Below are positions 17,187-28,793 of a stretch of 53,080 bases of DNA, piece by piece. Each line of letters starts with the position of its first letter. Positions within the stretch are counted from its first letter, which is position 1. This DNA comes from an uncultured Enterobacteriaceae bacterium (GTDB lineage: Bacteria > Desulfobacterota > Binatia > Bin18), in NCBI GenBank assembly GCA_964502465.1, contig CAZCWX010000671.1:1-53080 (forward strand), read 5' to 3'. Position numbers and translations under genes: made by a program. The notes beneath the pieces were generated by a model. It had not been told where the DNA came from, did not search any database, and saw nothing but the letters and a program-made list of their open reading frames with translations.

Positions 17187-17810
17187 CTACTCTCTGATGT
17201 AGACGAAGGTACCAACAGGGGCGAGGTTGTATAGTTCTTTTATGTGATGATTCAGGAGAGAGACGCATCCTAATGTCCAGTTGATCCCTAAACGGTTGAA
17301 GTCTTCTTTATCCGTGCCATGGATGCCGATTTCATTGCCGACTCCCGGATATCCTTCTCCTCGTTTTGGTACTTTGCCGAAGGCTACATGTTGCCAGTAG
17401 CGGTGGACATCGTGCTCAGTGGGATAATCAAGCAGCATAAAATTGGTCCACCTTTTATGCGGAGCCTTGCCAGTGATCATGTAAAGACCAATCGGTGTCC
17501 GTTTATCACCAGCATACAGCTTCCGGCCCGGGTTGCGCCCTAAAACGATCGGGTAGGTTTTGACCAGGCGACCGTACCAATACACATTGAGTGACCGGCA
17601 CATTTTATCTACTACGATAAAGATCGGTTCTTCACTGGCCCATGGTAATACCGCATCATTGTCAATTCTTTTGGGAATCGGTTGAGACGGAGGAATAGGC
17701 TGCGAGTGATCTGGCGCGATTTTAGGTGGATGTTTGACCGTGCAGCCCATCGCCCCCAACACTGCGCATATGCATATGCGCGTGAATAACGTCCACACCT
17801 TTACCGTCAC
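17187..17810 (-). CDS. L,D-transpeptidase (YkuD domain), exported
   Basis: Catalytic signature IGIHGT...TLGCVSL. The hydrophobic N-terminus ends in LGAMGC. The start is uncertain (GTG at 17810 or 17798); the long ORF to 17909 would overlap murI. Confidence 0.8.
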   Translation of the reverse strand: MTVKVWTLFTRICICAVLGAMGCTVKHPPKIAPDHSQPIPPSQPIPKRIDNDAVLPWASEEPIFIVVDKMCRSLNVYWYGRLVKTYPIVLGRNPGRKLYAGDKRTPIGLYMITGKAPHKRWTNFMLLDYPTEHDVHRYWQHVAFGKVPKRGEGYPGVGNEIGIHGTDKEDFNRLGINWTLGCVSLLNHHIKELYNLAPVGTFVYIRE

Positions 17811-17928
17811 GGTTCTCTTGCCCACCGGCCCCCTATTATCAAGCAAATTATGATTGGGTGCAACGTCGTGAACTCCGCCCTTGCTCAGGTTCAATGAAGC
17901 AGAGTACATTGCAGGAAAGGTAAAGCGT

Positions 17929-18726
17929 GTGAAGAAAGAGGCCGCAATCGGTATTTTCGATTCTGGTATCGGTGGACTGACAGTGTTGCAGCAAATTAGC
18001 CGCTTGCTGCCGCGCGAACACCTGGTCTACCTGGGTGATACGGCTCGCTTTCCCTACGGAACAAAATCCCCCGAAGTCGTAACGCAGTATGCCTGCGAGA
18101 ATACAGAATTTTTGGTAGAGCGCGATCTCAAGATGCTGGTCGTTGCTTGTAATACTGCCTCGGCAGTGGCGTTAGAGGTCTTACGCGAACGCTACCACCT
18201 GCCTGTTGTTGGGGTTATTGAACCAGGTGCCCAAGAGGCGGTGCGCCGGAGTAAAAACCGACGGGTGGGCGTTATAGGTACGGAGGCGACCATCGCTAGT
18301 GGCGCTTACACGAGAGCACTACGTGCGCTGGATCCCACCATCGAGGTGTATACTCGGGCGTGTCCGCTATTGGTTCCATTAGTTGAGGAGGGATGGGTAG
18401 AGAACGGGATCGCACGATCTACTGTGGCGCTTTACCTGAACAGTATCAAACTGAGTGGGATCGATGTGTTAGTCCTCGGCTGTACCCATTATCCGTTACT
18501 GAAGAAGAGCATCGCCGAGTTTCTCGGCGAGCGGGTGTTGCTGGTCGATTCAGCTGAAGAAACCGCACGGGTCGTGCGCAGTACGTTAGTGCGTGATGGT
18601 CTCGCTCGGAGCAAGGGAAATGGTGGGGCGAGTTTTTTCGTCACGGATGCCCCTGATCGTTTTATCAAAGTGGGCGTGCGGTTCCTCGGGGAGCAGGTGG
18701 AGTCGGCAGTGCGGATCGAGCGGTAA
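17929..18726 (+). CDS. murI: glutamate racemase
   Basis: Motifs IGIFDSGIGGLTV, VVACNTAS and LGCTHYP. GTG 17929 follows GGAAAGG (alternative TTG at 17881). Confidence 0.92.
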   Translation: MKKEAAIGIFDSGIGGLTVLQQISRLLPREHLVYLGDTARFPYGTKSPEVVTQYACENTEFLVERDLKMLVVACNTASAVALEVLRERYHLPVVGVIEPGAQEAVRRSKNRRVGVIGTEATIASGAYTRALRALDPTIEVYTRACPLLVPLVEEGWVENGIARSTVALYLNSIKLSGIDVLVLGCTHYPLLKKSIAEFLGERVLLVDSAEETARVVRSTLVRDGLARSKGNGGASFFVTDAPDRFIKVGVRFLGEQVESAVRIER

Positions 18727-18750
18727 ACAGCTACCCTTTTTGCCGCAACG

Positions 18751-18759
18751 TGGTACAAT
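18751..18759 (+). promoter_or_regulatory. possible extended -10 promoter element upstream of secA
   Basis: TGgTACAAT at 18751-18759, about 54 nt upstream of the secA ATG. There is no good -35. Confidence 0.3.
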
Positions 18760-18812
18760 ACCTCTTTCATTGCGGCTATTTCTGAATCGAATCCCAATAT
18801 AGGTGATGTGCA

Positions 18813-21800
18813 ATGTTCATGGCCTTGCTTCATAAAATTGTTGGCAGCAAGAACGACCGAGAATTAAAGAAGCTCCGTCCCCTCATTGAGAAGGTCAACC
18901 GTCTCGAACCCGAATTTGCGCGGCTGAACACCGAGGAATTGCGGGCCAAAACTGATGAGTTCAAGGGCCGGATTGTAGAGGCAACGCGTGATCTGCGTCG
19001 TCAGCTCGACACTTTACTGGAACAACCGCAGCAAGAGACCGAGCAGGCGAATGAAGATCACACGGATGGTGAAGCCCTGAAAGATGAAGCTGAGAAAATT
19101 GAAAAAGAACTCCGTGAGACCGAAGCCGAGGTGCTCGAAGTTTTGTTGCCAGCAGCGTTTGCCGCGGTGCGGGAGGCGTCGCGGCGGACTACTGGCATGC
19201 GCCATTTCGACAGTCAGTTGCTCGGCGGCATCGTTCTCCATCAGGGCAAAATCGCCGAAATGAAAACAGGTGAAGGAAAAACCTTGGTGGCGACGTTACC
19301 GCTGTACCTGAACGCGTTGTTAGGCAGAGGAGCACATCTGGTTACAGTCAATGATTATTTAGCCCGGCGGGACGTACAGTGGATGGGGCCAATCTACCAT
19401 GCTGTGGGCCTGTCTGTGGCCTCAATCGTTCACGATACGAGTTTTCTCTTTGATCCAACCTATCTGGTCAAAGACTACCGGTACCTGAACCTACGGCCGA
19501 TTAGCCGCAAAGAGGCCTATGGAGCTGATATTACCTACGGGACGAATAATGAGTTTGGCTTTGACTACTTACGTGACAATATGAAGTTTAGCCTTGACGA
19601 CTATGTACAACGTGAACTGCACTTTTCCATTGTCGATGAGGTAGACAATATCCTGATTGATGAAGCGCGTACGCCTTTGATCATTTCCGGTCCAGCCGAG
19701 GAATCGACGCAAAAATATTACGCTATTGACCGGGTCATTCCGCGGTTGCAGAAAGAGATCGACTACGCGATCGATGAAAAACTACGGACTGCGACCCTTA
19801 CTGAGGAAGGGGTTGCCAAGGTCGAGCGTATCTTGGGAGTCAAAAACCTCTACGATCCAGCAGAAATCGGTACGCTGCATCACGTCAACCAAGCCCTCAA
19901 AGCGTATGCGCTGTTTAAGCGCGATGTCGACTATGTAGTCAAAGACGGGGAGGTCATCATCGTCGATGAATTTACTGGCCGCCTCATGCCTGGCCGCCGC
20001 TGGTCTGACGGGTTGCATCAAGCGGTTGAGGCCAAGGAGAAAGTCCGGATTCGCGAAGAAAACCAAACGTTAGCGACCATTACGATCCAAAACTATTTCC
20101 GTATGTACAAAAAGTTGGCTGGCATGACCGGAACGGCAGACACGGAATCAGTTGAATTCAAAAAAATCTATAATCTCGATGTAGTCGTGATTCCTCCGAA
20201 TAAACCGATGGTCCGTGTTGATCATCCAGATATGGTCTATAAAACGGAGCGAGAAAAATTTAATGCAGTCCTTGACGATATTGCTGAGTGCTACAGTCGC
20301 GGTCAACCGGTGCTGGTCGGCACTATCTCCGTGGAGAAATCTGAACATCTGAGCAAACTGCTCAAACGCAAGGGGGTCAAACATAGTGTGTTAAATGCGG
20401 TGAATCACGAGGCTGAAGCCAATATTATTGCCCAGGCTGGCCGTTTCAGTGCCGTCACAATTGCGACCAATATGGCTGGACGTGGCACTGACATTCTCCT
20501 TGGTGGGAACCCAGAATTTCTCGCGCGTGCTGAGATTGAGAAAAACTGGTTGAGCAAAATGAGCGCAACCACCGCCACACAAACAGGCAAGAGCTATGAA
20601 GAGAGTTTGGAAGAACTCCGGGCCGAGTATAATGAAACCATCAGCCGTGCCCGCGAACAATATGAAAAGGAGTGGCGGCCGTTTGAAGAAGCGCGTAATG
20701 CTGCGCTGAAGCGTTCGGCAGAAACCTATCGTCCGTTCCTTTACGCCTCATGGCAGCAGGCACGAGCTGAATATGAAGTACTCGCTGCTCGTGTGGACTT
20801 TGCGAATGGTCAGGGCAATGACCCGTCTGTCTTGGCTCAGTACATCCAAACCCGCTCTGCGTATGAACAGGCCCTCGGTGAGTACGACAAGGTGATCGGA
20901 CCATGCCTGAGTGAAAATCAACAAGAAGAGTACGAAACTGCGTGTGCTGAGTATGCAAGCTTACTTGAGGCCGGCATTGCTGCGGTCCCGCGCGAGCGCT
21001 TGGAGATCACACGCAGCCGCTATGAACGGTTGCTAGAGGAATATAACCGGGCAATTGTTCGTGTATCTGGAGCCTCTCTTCATGAAAACGGTACAGTCAG
21101 AGTCCGCTACGACGAAGCACGAGAGGCCTATGAAGAGGCAATGCGGGCGTACCAGGAGGCTGACCAACATTATGAGGAAAAGCGTAAGCCTTATGAAGAA
21201 GCGGTTGCCAGGGCTGAGCGGGTTTATGAAGAAAAGAGACGAGCGCGGGTGAAAGTTGTAGAAGAAGTACGAGAACAACTCGAGAAAACCCCAGATCTGT
21301 ACCAGCAACTTTTTGATGAAGTGCTAGATAAGTATCGGCACAGATGTGCGGAAGAACGGGAGAAGGTTGTTGCTGCTGGTGGACTTCATATTCTTGGTAC
21401 TGAACGTCATGAAGCGCGGCGAATCGATAACCAACTGCGTGGTCGTGCTGGGCGCCAAGGAGATCCAGGAACGTCGCGTTTTTATCTTTCTTTGGAGGAT
21501 GATCTCCTTCGTATCTTTGGGGCCGAACGTATTCAAAAGGTGATGGACCGCCTTGGCATGGAAGAAGGAGAGCCGATTGAACATAAGCTTGTCACTCGTG
21601 CGATCGAGAACGCCCAGAAGCGAGTTGAGGCACACAACTTCGATATTCGGAAGCATCTTCTCGAATATGATGATGTGATGAATAAACAGCGTGAGGTTAT
21701 CTATCAACAACGTCGGAGTTTTTTAGCTGGAGAAAACCTCAAAAGTGTTGCCCTCGAGATGATCGAGGATCTCGCTGAACACACTGCGCTCGCCTATGCT

Positions 21801-22406
21801 GATAAAGCAGTTTTTCCTGAAGAATGGGACTGGAAAGGGTTAAACGATGCCCTCTTCCATCAGTTTAACTTTCGCCTAGAAACAAGCGAAGAAGAGCAAA
21901 AAAATTGTACACCTGAGGATTTGGTTGACCTTGTCTGCGAAAGAGTTCTGCACGTGTACGAAGCGAAGGAACAAGCGTTTACGCCGCCGGTCATGCGGTA
22001 TCTCGAGAAGGTGATTTTGCTCCAGACCATGGACGCATTTTGGAAAGATCATCTGTTATCTATGGACCACATGAAAGAAGGCATTGGGTTACGAGGCTAT
22101 GCGCAACGCAACCCGCTGCAAGAATATAAAAAAGAAGCGTTCGCCATGTTTGAAGAGCTGTTACAGCGGCTGCAGGTGGATGTCGTGGAAAAACTCTTCA
22201 CCGTACAAATAGCCCGTCAAGAGGATGCCCAGCGGATTGAGCAACCACGCCGTGTGCCTCAGCGGCAAATCCTGACCAGTCATGGACAAACGGCGGTGGC
22301 ACAGGCACAACCTACGCAGGTCAAACGTGACGCGCCCAAAGTTGGACGGAATGACCCTTGTCCGTGTGGCAGTGGAAAGAAGTATAAGAAATGCCATGGT
22401 GCATAA
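18813..22406 (+). CDS. secA: preprotein translocase ATPase SecA with a ~290-aa insertion in the NBD2 variable region
   Basis: Motifs [57 protein letters not shown] and a C-terminal zinc finger [14 protein letters not shown]. 1197 aa. Confidence 0.97.
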   Translation: MFMALLHKIVGSKNDRELKKLRPLIEKVNRLEPEFARLNTEELRAKTDEFKGRIVEATRDLRRQLDTLLEQPQQETEQANEDHTDGEALKDEAEKIEKELRETEAEVLEVLLPAAFAAVREASRRTTGMRHFDSQLLGGIVLHQGKIAEMKTGEGKTLVATLPLYLNALLGRGAHLVTVNDYLARRDVQWMGPIYHAVGLSVASIVHDTSFLFDPTYLVKDYRYLNLRPISRKEAYGADITYGTNNEFGFDYLRDNMKFSLDDYVQRELHFSIVDEVDNILIDEARTPLIISGPAEESTQKYYAIDRVIPRLQKEIDYAIDEKLRTATLTEEGVAKVERILGVKNLYDPAEIGTLHHVNQALKAYALFKRDVDYVVKDGEVIIVDEFTGRLMPGRRWSDGLHQAVEAKEKVRIREENQTLATITIQNYFRMYKKLAGMTGTADTESVEFKKIYNLDVVVIPPNKPMVRVDHPDMVYKTEREKFNAVLDDIAECYSRGQPVLVGTISVEKSEHLSKLLKRKGVKHSVLNAVNHEAEANIIAQAGRFSAVTIATNMAGRGTDILLGGNPEFLARAEIEKNWLSKMSATTATQTGKSYEESLEELRAEYNETISRAREQYEKEWRPFEEARNAALKRSAETYRPFLYASWQQARAEYEVLAARVDFANGQGNDPSVLAQYIQTRSAYEQALGEYDKVIGPCLSENQQEEYETACAEYASLLEAGIAAVPRERLEITRSRYERLLEEYNRAIVRVSGASLHENGTVRVRYDEAREAYEEAMRAYQEADQHYEEKRKPYEEAVARAERVYEEKRRARVKVVEEVREQLEKTPDLYQQLFDEVLDKYRHRCAEEREKVVAAGGLHILGTERHEARRIDNQLRGRAGRQGDPGTSRFYLSLEDDLLRIFGAERIQKVMDRLGMEEGEPIEHKLVTRAIENAQKRVEAHNFDIRKHLLEYDDVMNKQREVIYQQRRSFLAGENLKSVALEMIEDLAEHTALAYADKAVFPEEWDWKGLNDALFHQFNFRLETSEEEQKNCTPEDLVDLVCERVLHVYEAKEQAFTPPVMRYLEKVILLQTMDAFWKDHLLSMDHMKEGIGLRGYAQRNPLQEYKKEAFAMFEELLQRLQVDVVEKLFTVQIARQEDAQRIEQPRRVPQRQILTSHGQTAVAQAQPTQVKRDAPKVGRNDPCPCGSGKKYKKCHGA

Positions 22407-22439
22407 AGAGTGATGAGCCTGGAGATCTCAGGAGGAGGA

Positions 22440-23648
22440 ATGCGGATCAAGGTAGAGAAGAGACCGGTAGCTGTCCCTGGGTTTCAATTTGCTGGAGTAT
22501 CCTGCGGAATTAAGCCGAGCGGAAAAAAAGATCTCTCCATTATTTTTTGTGAAAAACCAGCAACCGCAATCGCAGCCTTTACGACGAATAGGGTGAAGGC
22601 TGCGCCGGTTCTTGTCGGTCAAGAACGCATCAAGTCTAATCATCTGCAGGCTATTGTCGTCAACAGTGGCAATGCCAACGCGTCGACTGGCCAGCCTGGA
22701 CTTCGGGTAGCGCGAGAGAGCTGCGCTCTTGTTGCGCGCACCCTTGGCATTGATGAAAAGCTGGTTTTGCCCTCATCGACCGGCAAAATTGGGGTACTCC
22801 CACCCTGGGAGAAGATGAAAGCTGGTATTCAGGCCGCTTGTGCTACTTTGGCGCCTAACGGATTTTGGCATGCCCTCGCCGGTATCATGACGACGGATGC
22901 GTTTCCAAAGGCGGCAGTCCGGCAGGTGGTAGTGAGTGGGAAGTCTGTGACTATCGCTGGCATGGCCAAAGGTGCAGGCATGATCAACCCCAACATGGCC
23001 ACCATGCTGTGCTATGTCCTCACTGATGCTCAAGTAACGCGTGCGGCTTTACAACAGGTGCTCAAGCACACACTGGCTGACTCGTTTAACGCGATTTCGG
23101 TAGATGGGGATACGAGTACCAACGATACTGTCGTGCTTATGGCAAACGGTGCAGCTGGCAACAAGGCAATGAACGGGACTGGTAAAGACTTGAGGATTTT
23201 CCAGGCTGCCGTTGGCGAAGTGTTACAGGAGTTAGCGCGACTGGTGGTGAAAGACGGGGAAGGGGCCACACGCGTCATTGATATATTTGTCCGGGGCGCG
23301 AGAAATGGAATTGAGGCTGAAAAAGTTGCACGGGTGGTTGCCTCTTCGCCTCTGGTCAAAACGGCCTTTTTTGGGGGGGATCCGAACTGGGGACGTATTG
23401 CCTGTGCGGTTGGGTACTCAGGCGCAACTGTGAATCCTGACAAGCTGGGCATTGTGATCGGTGATGTGCCGATCGGCCGCAACGGTATGAGTACTGGTCC
23501 GGACAGTGAAAAGCGGGCGGCCGTCGTGATGCAGCAGCCCGAGTTTTCCGTAATCATTGACCTTCATGTGGGACATGGAGCGGCGCATGTAATTACGTCT
23601 GACTTGTCAGTGGGGTACGTCCGGTTTAATTCGGCGTATTCGACGTGA
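22440..23648 (+). CDS. argJ: bifunctional ornithine acetyltransferase/N-acetylglutamate synthase
   Basis: ATG follows GGAGGAGG. Self-cleavage motif PNMATMLCYVLTDA and FTTNRVKAAPV. Confidence 0.93.
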   Translation: MRIKVEKRPVAVPGFQFAGVSCGIKPSGKKDLSIIFCEKPATAIAAFTTNRVKAAPVLVGQERIKSNHLQAIVVNSGNANASTGQPGLRVARESCALVARTLGIDEKLVLPSSTGKIGVLPPWEKMKAGIQAACATLAPNGFWHALAGIMTTDAFPKAAVRQVVVSGKSVTIAGMAKGAGMINPNMATMLCYVLTDAQVTRAALQQVLKHTLADSFNAISVDGDTSTNDTVVLMANGAAGNKAMNGTGKDLRIFQAAVGEVLQELARLVVKDGEGATRVIDIFVRGARNGIEAEKVARVVASSPLVKTAFFGGDPNWGRIACAVGYSGATVNPDKLGIVIGDVPIGRNGMSTGPDSEKRAAVVMQQPEFSVIIDLHVGHGAAHVITSDLSVGYVRFNSAYST

Positions 23649-23681
23649 GTTGTGAGAAAGGAACACATTGACGAATTGACG

Positions 23682-23715
23682 AAAAAGGGCAGCACGCAAA
23701 ACTCTGCCCTTTTTA
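23682..23715. terminator. bidirectional intrinsic terminator between argJ and the acyl-CoA dehydrogenase
   Basis: An A-tract, GGGCAG (23687-23692), an 11-nt loop, CTGCCC (23704-23709), then TTTTT. Confidence 0.6.
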
Positions 23716-23738
23716 TGCGGGAAAAGTGGCGTATGACC

Positions 23739-24935
23739 TTAGCGCCCCTTTGGCAAGCCGAGGACCCGCTCGGCGATGATATTGCGTTGAATTTCTGAGG
23801 TCCCACCTTCAATTGAATTCGCGCGCGAGCGCAGCAACCCATACTGCCAATACCCATTGTCTGTTGCCCTTTTTTCCCCTTCATACAGTTGGCCAGCCGG
23901 TCCCTGCATATCGACCGCGAGTTCCTGCAGTCGCTGATTCGTTTCTGCCCACAGCAGTTTCGCCACTGATCCTTCTGGGCCTGGTGGGTTTCCTCGCAGT
24001 AACCCGGTGAGCGCACGGTAATTATTCAGTTTGAGCAGTTCGGTTTCAATGCGTGCCTGCGCCAGCTTTTGCCGTATAAGAGGATCAGTGCACACCGGCT
24101 CGCCGTATCGCTTTTGCTGCCGTGCTGTCGCCACGAGATCCTCGTAATGTCTCTTCTGAGAAAAGGTAAAGTAGAACCCCAGCCCCTGACGCTCAAACAT
24201 TAATGATGTAATGATAATATGCCAGCCCTGATCCTTCTCGCCAAGCAAGTTTTCCTTGGGGACTCTGACTTCTTCAAAAAACACTTCATTGAACTCACTA
24301 TCACCGGTGATGGTACGCAGGGGACGGATGGTAATGCCAGGGCTCTTCATATCAACCAGCAGACAGGACAACCCTTGATGCTTCGGGGTGTCGGGATTTG
24401 TTCGCACCAGTAGTAGACACCAGTCGGCGTAGAAAGCCAGGCTGGTCCAGACTTTTTGGCCGGTCACAAGGAAATAATCGCCGTGCTCGATCGCCCGTGT
24501 TTGGAGCGAAGCTAAGTCGGAACCTGAATTGGGCTCAGAGTACCCCTGGCTCCAGATCTCTTCGCCACTAAGGATTTTGGCAAGGTGGGCTTTTTTCTGA
24601 ATCTCATTGGCATGGACAATTAACGTGGGACCAACAATCTCTAACCCCAGCACATTCAAGAGTGCTGGTGCCTTATGAGCGGCCATTTCCTCGTCAAAGA
24701 TCATCCGCTCCACGAGTGAAGCCCCCCGTCCTCCATACTCTTTCGGCCAAGAGACTCCTGCCCATCCTCCCTCATACACTTTTCTCTGCCAGGTTTTGAG
24801 AAAATCAAGGTCAGCGGCTGAAGCTTGCGGTTGTAAGTGGTGGAGTGGTGTGGCTGCTGGTGGGACATGGGCTTTGAGCCAGGATCGGAATTCCTGCCGA
24901 AAAGCCTCTTGTTGTGGGGTAAAGGTAAAGTCCAT
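23739..24935 (-). CDS. acyl-CoA dehydrogenase family protein
   Basis: Motifs YSEPNSGSD and a C-terminal IEGGTSEIQRNIIAERVLGLP. Confidence 0.9.
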   Translation of the reverse strand: MDFTFTPQQEAFRQEFRSWLKAHVPPAATPLHHLQPQASAADLDFLKTWQRKVYEGGWAGVSWPKEYGGRGASLVERMIFDEEMAAHKAPALLNVLGLEIVGPTLIVHANEIQKKAHLAKILSGEEIWSQGYSEPNSGSDLASLQTRAIEHGDYFLVTGQKVWTSLAFYADWCLLLVRTNPDTPKHQGLSCLLVDMKSPGITIRPLRTITGDSEFNEVFFEEVRVPKENLLGEKDQGWHIIITSLMFERQGLGFYFTFSQKRHYEDLVATARQQKRYGEPVCTDPLIRQKLAQARIETELLKLNNYRALTGLLRGNPPGPEGSVAKLLWAETNQRLQELAVDMQGPAGQLYEGEKRATDNGYWQYGLLRSRANSIEGGTSEIQRNIIAERVLGLPKGR

Positions 24936-24968
24936 GATGTGCTCCTGCGCTGATGGGAAAAAGTTCTT

Positions 24969-26414
24969 CTAGCTGGTGAGCTGTTGCTGCAATAACTTAT
25001 TGACCTTTTGTGGGTTTGCTTTTCCCTGGGTTGCTTTCATGACTTGACCGACGAAAAAAGCAAAGAGCCGATCACGTCCCGCGCGATATGCGGCCACTTT
25101 GTCCGGGTTGGCTGCAAGCACCTGGTCGATCTGAGATCGTAAAGTCCCTTCATCACTCACCTGGATAAGCCCTTGTTCCTCAATAATTTTTTCTGGTGCT
25201 TGGCCACTCTTGCGCATTTCATCAAAAACGGTCTTGGCAATCTTGCCGCTAATCTTTCCTTCCTGAATGAGACAAACGAGGCTTCCAAGGTATTCTGGAG
25301 GGCAGGGCCAAGATGTGATGCGGAGAGTCGAGTCAAGTTTTTCGTCTTTCACAACCCGGAGCACGCTATCCATAACCCAATTACTGACGGCCTTGGCGTC
25401 AGCCGGGTAGGCGCGTACTGCGGTCTCGTAATAATCCGCAATATCCTTGCGAGCGGTCAACACCTCTGCGTCATACGCTGGTAAGCTATATTCGCGCACC
25501 AATCTATCCCGCCTCTCCGCGGGAAGTTCCGGCAGGGAATACTTGACCGCTTGGATCCATGGGTCTTCCACGACTAAGGGCAAAAGATCGGGGTCAGAAA
25601 AGTAGCGATAATCGTGCGCAGATTCCTTGCTACGCATAGCGCGGGTGACCTCGCGGTCGGCATCCCACAGGCGAGTTTCCTGAATGACTTGGCCACCAGA
25701 GGAAAGCGCTTCTCTCTGACGTGAGATTTCATATTGCAGTGCTTTCTCAACCGCACGGAAGGAGTTCAGGTTCTTGACTTCCGCTTTCGTGCCGAACGCT
25801 GTTCTGCCGCGCGGGCGGAGCGAAACGTTCGCGTCGCAGCGTAAGCTGCCTTCTTCCATGTTACCGTCACACACTTCGAGGTATTGTAAGATGGTGCGTA
25901 AGTGTCGAAGATAAGTCCCAGCTTCCTCGGCCGTGCGGAGATCCGGCTCACTGACAATTTCCAGTAGCGGGACTCCAGCGCGGTTCAGATCGACCAGGCT
26001 GGCGTCGCTGTGGGCATCGTGGATATTTTTTCCTGCGTCTTCTTCCATATGGATACGGGTGAGACGGACGCGTTTAGCTTGACCGCCTACGGCAATATCA
26101 ATATAGCCATGCTGGGCGATGGGCATTTCGTACATGCTGATCTGATAGCCTTTTGGCAGGTCAGGGTAAAAATAGTTCTTGCGAGCCCAGCGACTCATGT
26201 GGGCAATCTCACAGTGGGTGGCAAGTGCAACGCGGAGCGCGAACTCGACTACCTTATGGTTCAAGACTGGAAGCACTCCAGGCATGCCGATACATATGGG
26301 ACAGGTGTTGTGGTTCGGGAGCGCACCGAACCGGGTCGAACAGCCACAAAAAATCTTCGACTGAGTTAACAGTTGCGCATGCACTTCTAACCCGATAACG
26401 ACTTCATATTCCAT
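24969..26414 (-). CDS. gatB: Asp-tRNA(Asn)/Glu-tRNA(Gln) amidotransferase subunit B
   Basis: [15 protein letters not shown] start 7 nt after the gatA stop. The upstream extension to 26585 overlaps gatA and is rejected. Confidence 0.95.
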   Translation of the reverse strand: MEYEVVIGLEVHAQLLTQSKIFCGCSTRFGALPNHNTCPICIGMPGVLPVLNHKVVEFALRVALATHCEIAHMSRWARKNYFYPDLPKGYQISMYEMPIAQHGYIDIAVGGQAKRVRLTRIHMEEDAGKNIHDAHSDASLVDLNRAGVPLLEIVSEPDLRTAEEAGTYLRHLRTILQYLEVCDGNMEEGSLRCDANVSLRPRGRTAFGTKAEVKNLNSFRAVEKALQYEISRQREALSSGGQVIQETRLWDADREVTRAMRSKESAHDYRYFSDPDLLPLVVEDPWIQAVKYSLPELPAERRDRLVREYSLPAYDAEVLTARKDIADYYETAVRAYPADAKAVSNWVMDSVLRVVKDEKLDSTLRITSWPCPPEYLGSLVCLIQEGKISGKIAKTVFDEMRKSGQAPEKIIEEQGLIQVSDEGTLRSQIDQVLAANPDKVAAYRAGRDRLFAFFVGQVMKATQGKANPQKVNKLLQQQLTS

Positions 26415-26421
26415 AGACACC

Positions 26422-27882
26422 TCAGAGCGGCGGTTTCCGTGTGTGCCAGTCTGTTGCTTGCTCGTATGCATAGGCGACCTGTAATAAGGCCTCTTCACCA
26501 AACGGTTTACCGATAAGCTGCAGACTAATAGGCATACCCTTTTCGTCAAACCCACACGGGACCGAGAGCCCTGGAAGGCCAGCAAGATTGACGGCGATAG
26601 TGAAGATATCCGATAGGTACATCGTCAGTGGATCGGCCATCTTCTCGCCGAGGTGAAACGCTGTCGTGGGTGCCGTCGGCGTCGCAATCACGTCGCAATG
26701 GCCAAAAGCGTTCAGGAAATCTTGCCGGATGAGTGTTCGTACTTTCTGGGCTTTCAGGTAGTAGGCATCATAGTAGCCAGCCGAGAGGACATAGGTGCCG
26801 AGCATGATGCGACGTTTCACCTCACTGCCGAACCCTTGGGCGCGGGTACGATGGTACATGTCCAACAAACCATTGGTTTGAGCAACGCGATGACCGTACT
26901 TCACTCCATCGTAGCGAGCCAGGTTCGAACTGGCCTCAGCCGTGGCGATGATATAGTAGGTGGCGATAGCATACTTTGTGTGCGGGAGCGAGATGGAGGC
27001 TGGCTGGGCTCCCAAATTCGTCAGCTCCGCGATAGCTTTTTGCACGGCGGCGTCGACTTCAGGTTGCATGCCCTCGACAAAATATTCTTTGGGAATGCCA
27101 ACTGTGAGCCCGCTCACCCCACGAGCCAGAGAGGCTTGATAATTGGGCACAGGAATGTTGACGGAGGTAGAGTCCTGTGGATCATGACCAGCGATCACCT
27201 GCAGCAGCGTTGCGCAATCCTGTACGTCTTTGGTGAGGGGGCCGACTTGGTCTAATGATGAGGCAAAGGCGACAACGCCGAAACGGCTGACCAGCCCGTA
27301 CGTAGGTTTGAACCCGACAACCCCACAGAACGAGGCTGGCTCGCGAATAGATCCACCAGTATCAGTACCCAGGGAGGCGAGCGCTTGATCGGCTGCCACC
27401 GCTGCCGCCGAGCCGCCAGACGACCCTCCGGGTACACGGGTCAAATCCCAGGGATTGCGGCTGGGAAAAAACGCCGAGTTCTCGGTAGAAGAGCCCATCG
27501 CAAACTCATCGCAGTTCACCTTGCCGATGATGACCGCCCCGGCTTCTTTGAGACGACGTGTGACGGTTGCGTCATACGGAGGGACAAAATGTGCTAGCAT
27601 CTTGGACCCAGCGGTAGAACGAATGCCTTTTGTCAGGATGACGTCTTTGACAGCAACTGGGATACCGCATAGGGCTGGGATCTCTTCGCCAACCGCGAGA
27701 AGGTGATCTGCTATCTCGGCCTGAGCGAGCGCTTCTGTTTCGCAGACTGTTACGTAAGACTGTACCTGTGTATCAGTGGATTGAATCCGCTCCAATACAG
27801 CGCTAGTCAACTCACGAGCGCTCAGCTCTCGTCGTTTGAGCAAATCGGTTGCTTGATGAATAGTGAGACTGTAGGGCTTCAT
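26422..27882 (-). CDS. gatA: Asp-tRNA(Asn)/Glu-tRNA(Gln) amidotransferase subunit A
   Basis: Amidase signature [12 protein letters not shown], 486 aa. Confidence 0.95.
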   Translation of the reverse strand: MKPYSLTIHQATDLLKRRELSARELTSAVLERIQSTDTQVQSYVTVCETEALAQAEIADHLLAVGEEIPALCGIPVAVKDVILTKGIRSTAGSKMLAHFVPPYDATVTRRLKEAGAVIIGKVNCDEFAMGSSTENSAFFPSRNPWDLTRVPGGSSGGSAAAVAADQALASLGTDTGGSIREPASFCGVVGFKPTYGLVSRFGVVAFASSLDQVGPLTKDVQDCATLLQVIAGHDPQDSTSVNIPVPNYQASLARGVSGLTVGIPKEYFVEGMQPEVDAAVQKAIAELTNLGAQPASISLPHTKYAIATYYIIATAEASSNLARYDGVKYGHRVAQTNGLLDMYHRTRAQGFGSEVKRRIMLGTYVLSAGYYDAYYLKAQKVRTLIRQDFLNAFGHCDVIATPTAPTTAFHLGEKMADPLTMYLSDIFTIAVNLAGLPGLSVPCGFDEKGMPISLQLIGKPFGEEALLQVAYAYEQATDWHTRKPPL

Positions 27883-27964
27883 ACTTCACATACATGAGCA
27901 GTTGAGGATGGTGGTGGTTAATTCCCTTCTTCTTGCGCGCGGGGGCTTGCCGAATCCTGACTGT

Positions 27965-28252
27965 TTATTCAATGATCTTTGGCACTTTAAAAAAGGTTGC
28001 CTGTCGGGCTGGGGCGTTGTGGAGCAGCGCGTCAGTATTGGGCTGGTTTGTGACGGTATCTTCGCGAAAAGGGGAAGGAACGTCGATGGCGTGCGCCGTG
28101 GGTTGTATGTCGTCTGTCTGCAGTTCGTTGAGCTTCTCCACATACGAGAGTATCTTATCGAAGTGCGCGGCCAGTGCGGTTTGTTCCTTAGGGGTGAGTG
28201 CTAAACGAGCAAGCAGGGCGATACGGTGTACTTCTGCTTGAGTAATTTTCAT
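27965..28252 (-). CDS. gatC: Asp-tRNA(Asn)/Glu-tRNA(Gln) amidotransferase subunit C
   Basis: The sequence MKITQAEVHRIALLARLALTPKE is typical of GatC. It lies upstream of gatA on the same strand. Confidence 0.9.
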   Translation of the reverse strand: MKITQAEVHRIALLARLALTPKEQTALAAHFDKILSYVEKLNELQTDDIQPTAHAIDVPSPFREDTVTNQPNTDALLHNAPARQATFFKVPKIIE

Positions 28253-28401
28253 GGGCAAGGCCCTTTATCCGTTCTGAATCGCCGTGTTCCTAACACAGAA
28301 AAGCACTGTGACATAGAGTGCCCCGGGATTCAACGGAACCGCCAGAAAAACTCGAGGCGGCACTCTTGATCTGCTGAGGGGCTGTCGGGTACTCTGCAGT
28401 T

Positions 28402-28785
28402 ATGATCGAGGGACAGAAACGGCGTGACCTTGGGCAGCAAGGAGAAAGCGAAGCTGAGCAGTTCTTGATCACCCAGTGCCACTACCAGATCGTTGCCAAA
28501 AATTATCGTTCCCCTTTTGGGGAAATTGACCTGATAGCGCTCGATCGGCAGACCCTGGTGTTCGTCGAGGTGCGGAGCCTGACGGGTCCCTTCTTTGGTG
28601 ACCCCCTTGAGTCGGTGACTCCACGGAAGCAGCGACAAATTGCCAAAACTGCCCTGCATTATCTTGCTCGCTATCGTCTGCATGATCGAGCGGCGCGATT
28701 CGACGTGATCGGCATTTGCTGGGAAGGAGGGCGGGCACGTATTGCCCATATTCAAGGAGCCTTCGACCTTCCTCGATCGTTCTAG
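28402..28785 (+). CDS. yraN: YraN family (UPF0102) endonuclease-like protein
   Basis: GESEAEQFL...[14 protein letters not shown]...LVFVEVR pattern, 127 aa. Confidence 0.85.
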   Translation: MIEGQKRRDLGQQGESEAEQFLITQCHYQIVAKNYRSPFGEIDLIALDRQTLVFVEVRSLTGPFFGDPLESVTPRKQRQIAKTALHYLARYRLHDRAARFDVIGICWEGGRARIAHIQGAFDLPRSF

Positions 28786-28793
28786 GAACCCTT

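Noticed and set aside
24969-26585. Long 538-aa version of gatB
   Set aside because: The upstream extension overlaps gatA by about 160 nt. The conserved GatB N-terminus ([12 protein letters not shown]) begins at 26414.
9688-27882. Numerous antisense or overlapping ORFs inside pfk, secA, argJ, gatA, gatB and the ACAD genes (for example 10856..11089, 20641..20958, 23030..23557, 26653..27255)
   Set aside because: They lie wholly within strongly supported genes on the opposite strand or in another frame. They are compositionally biased and lack RBSs.
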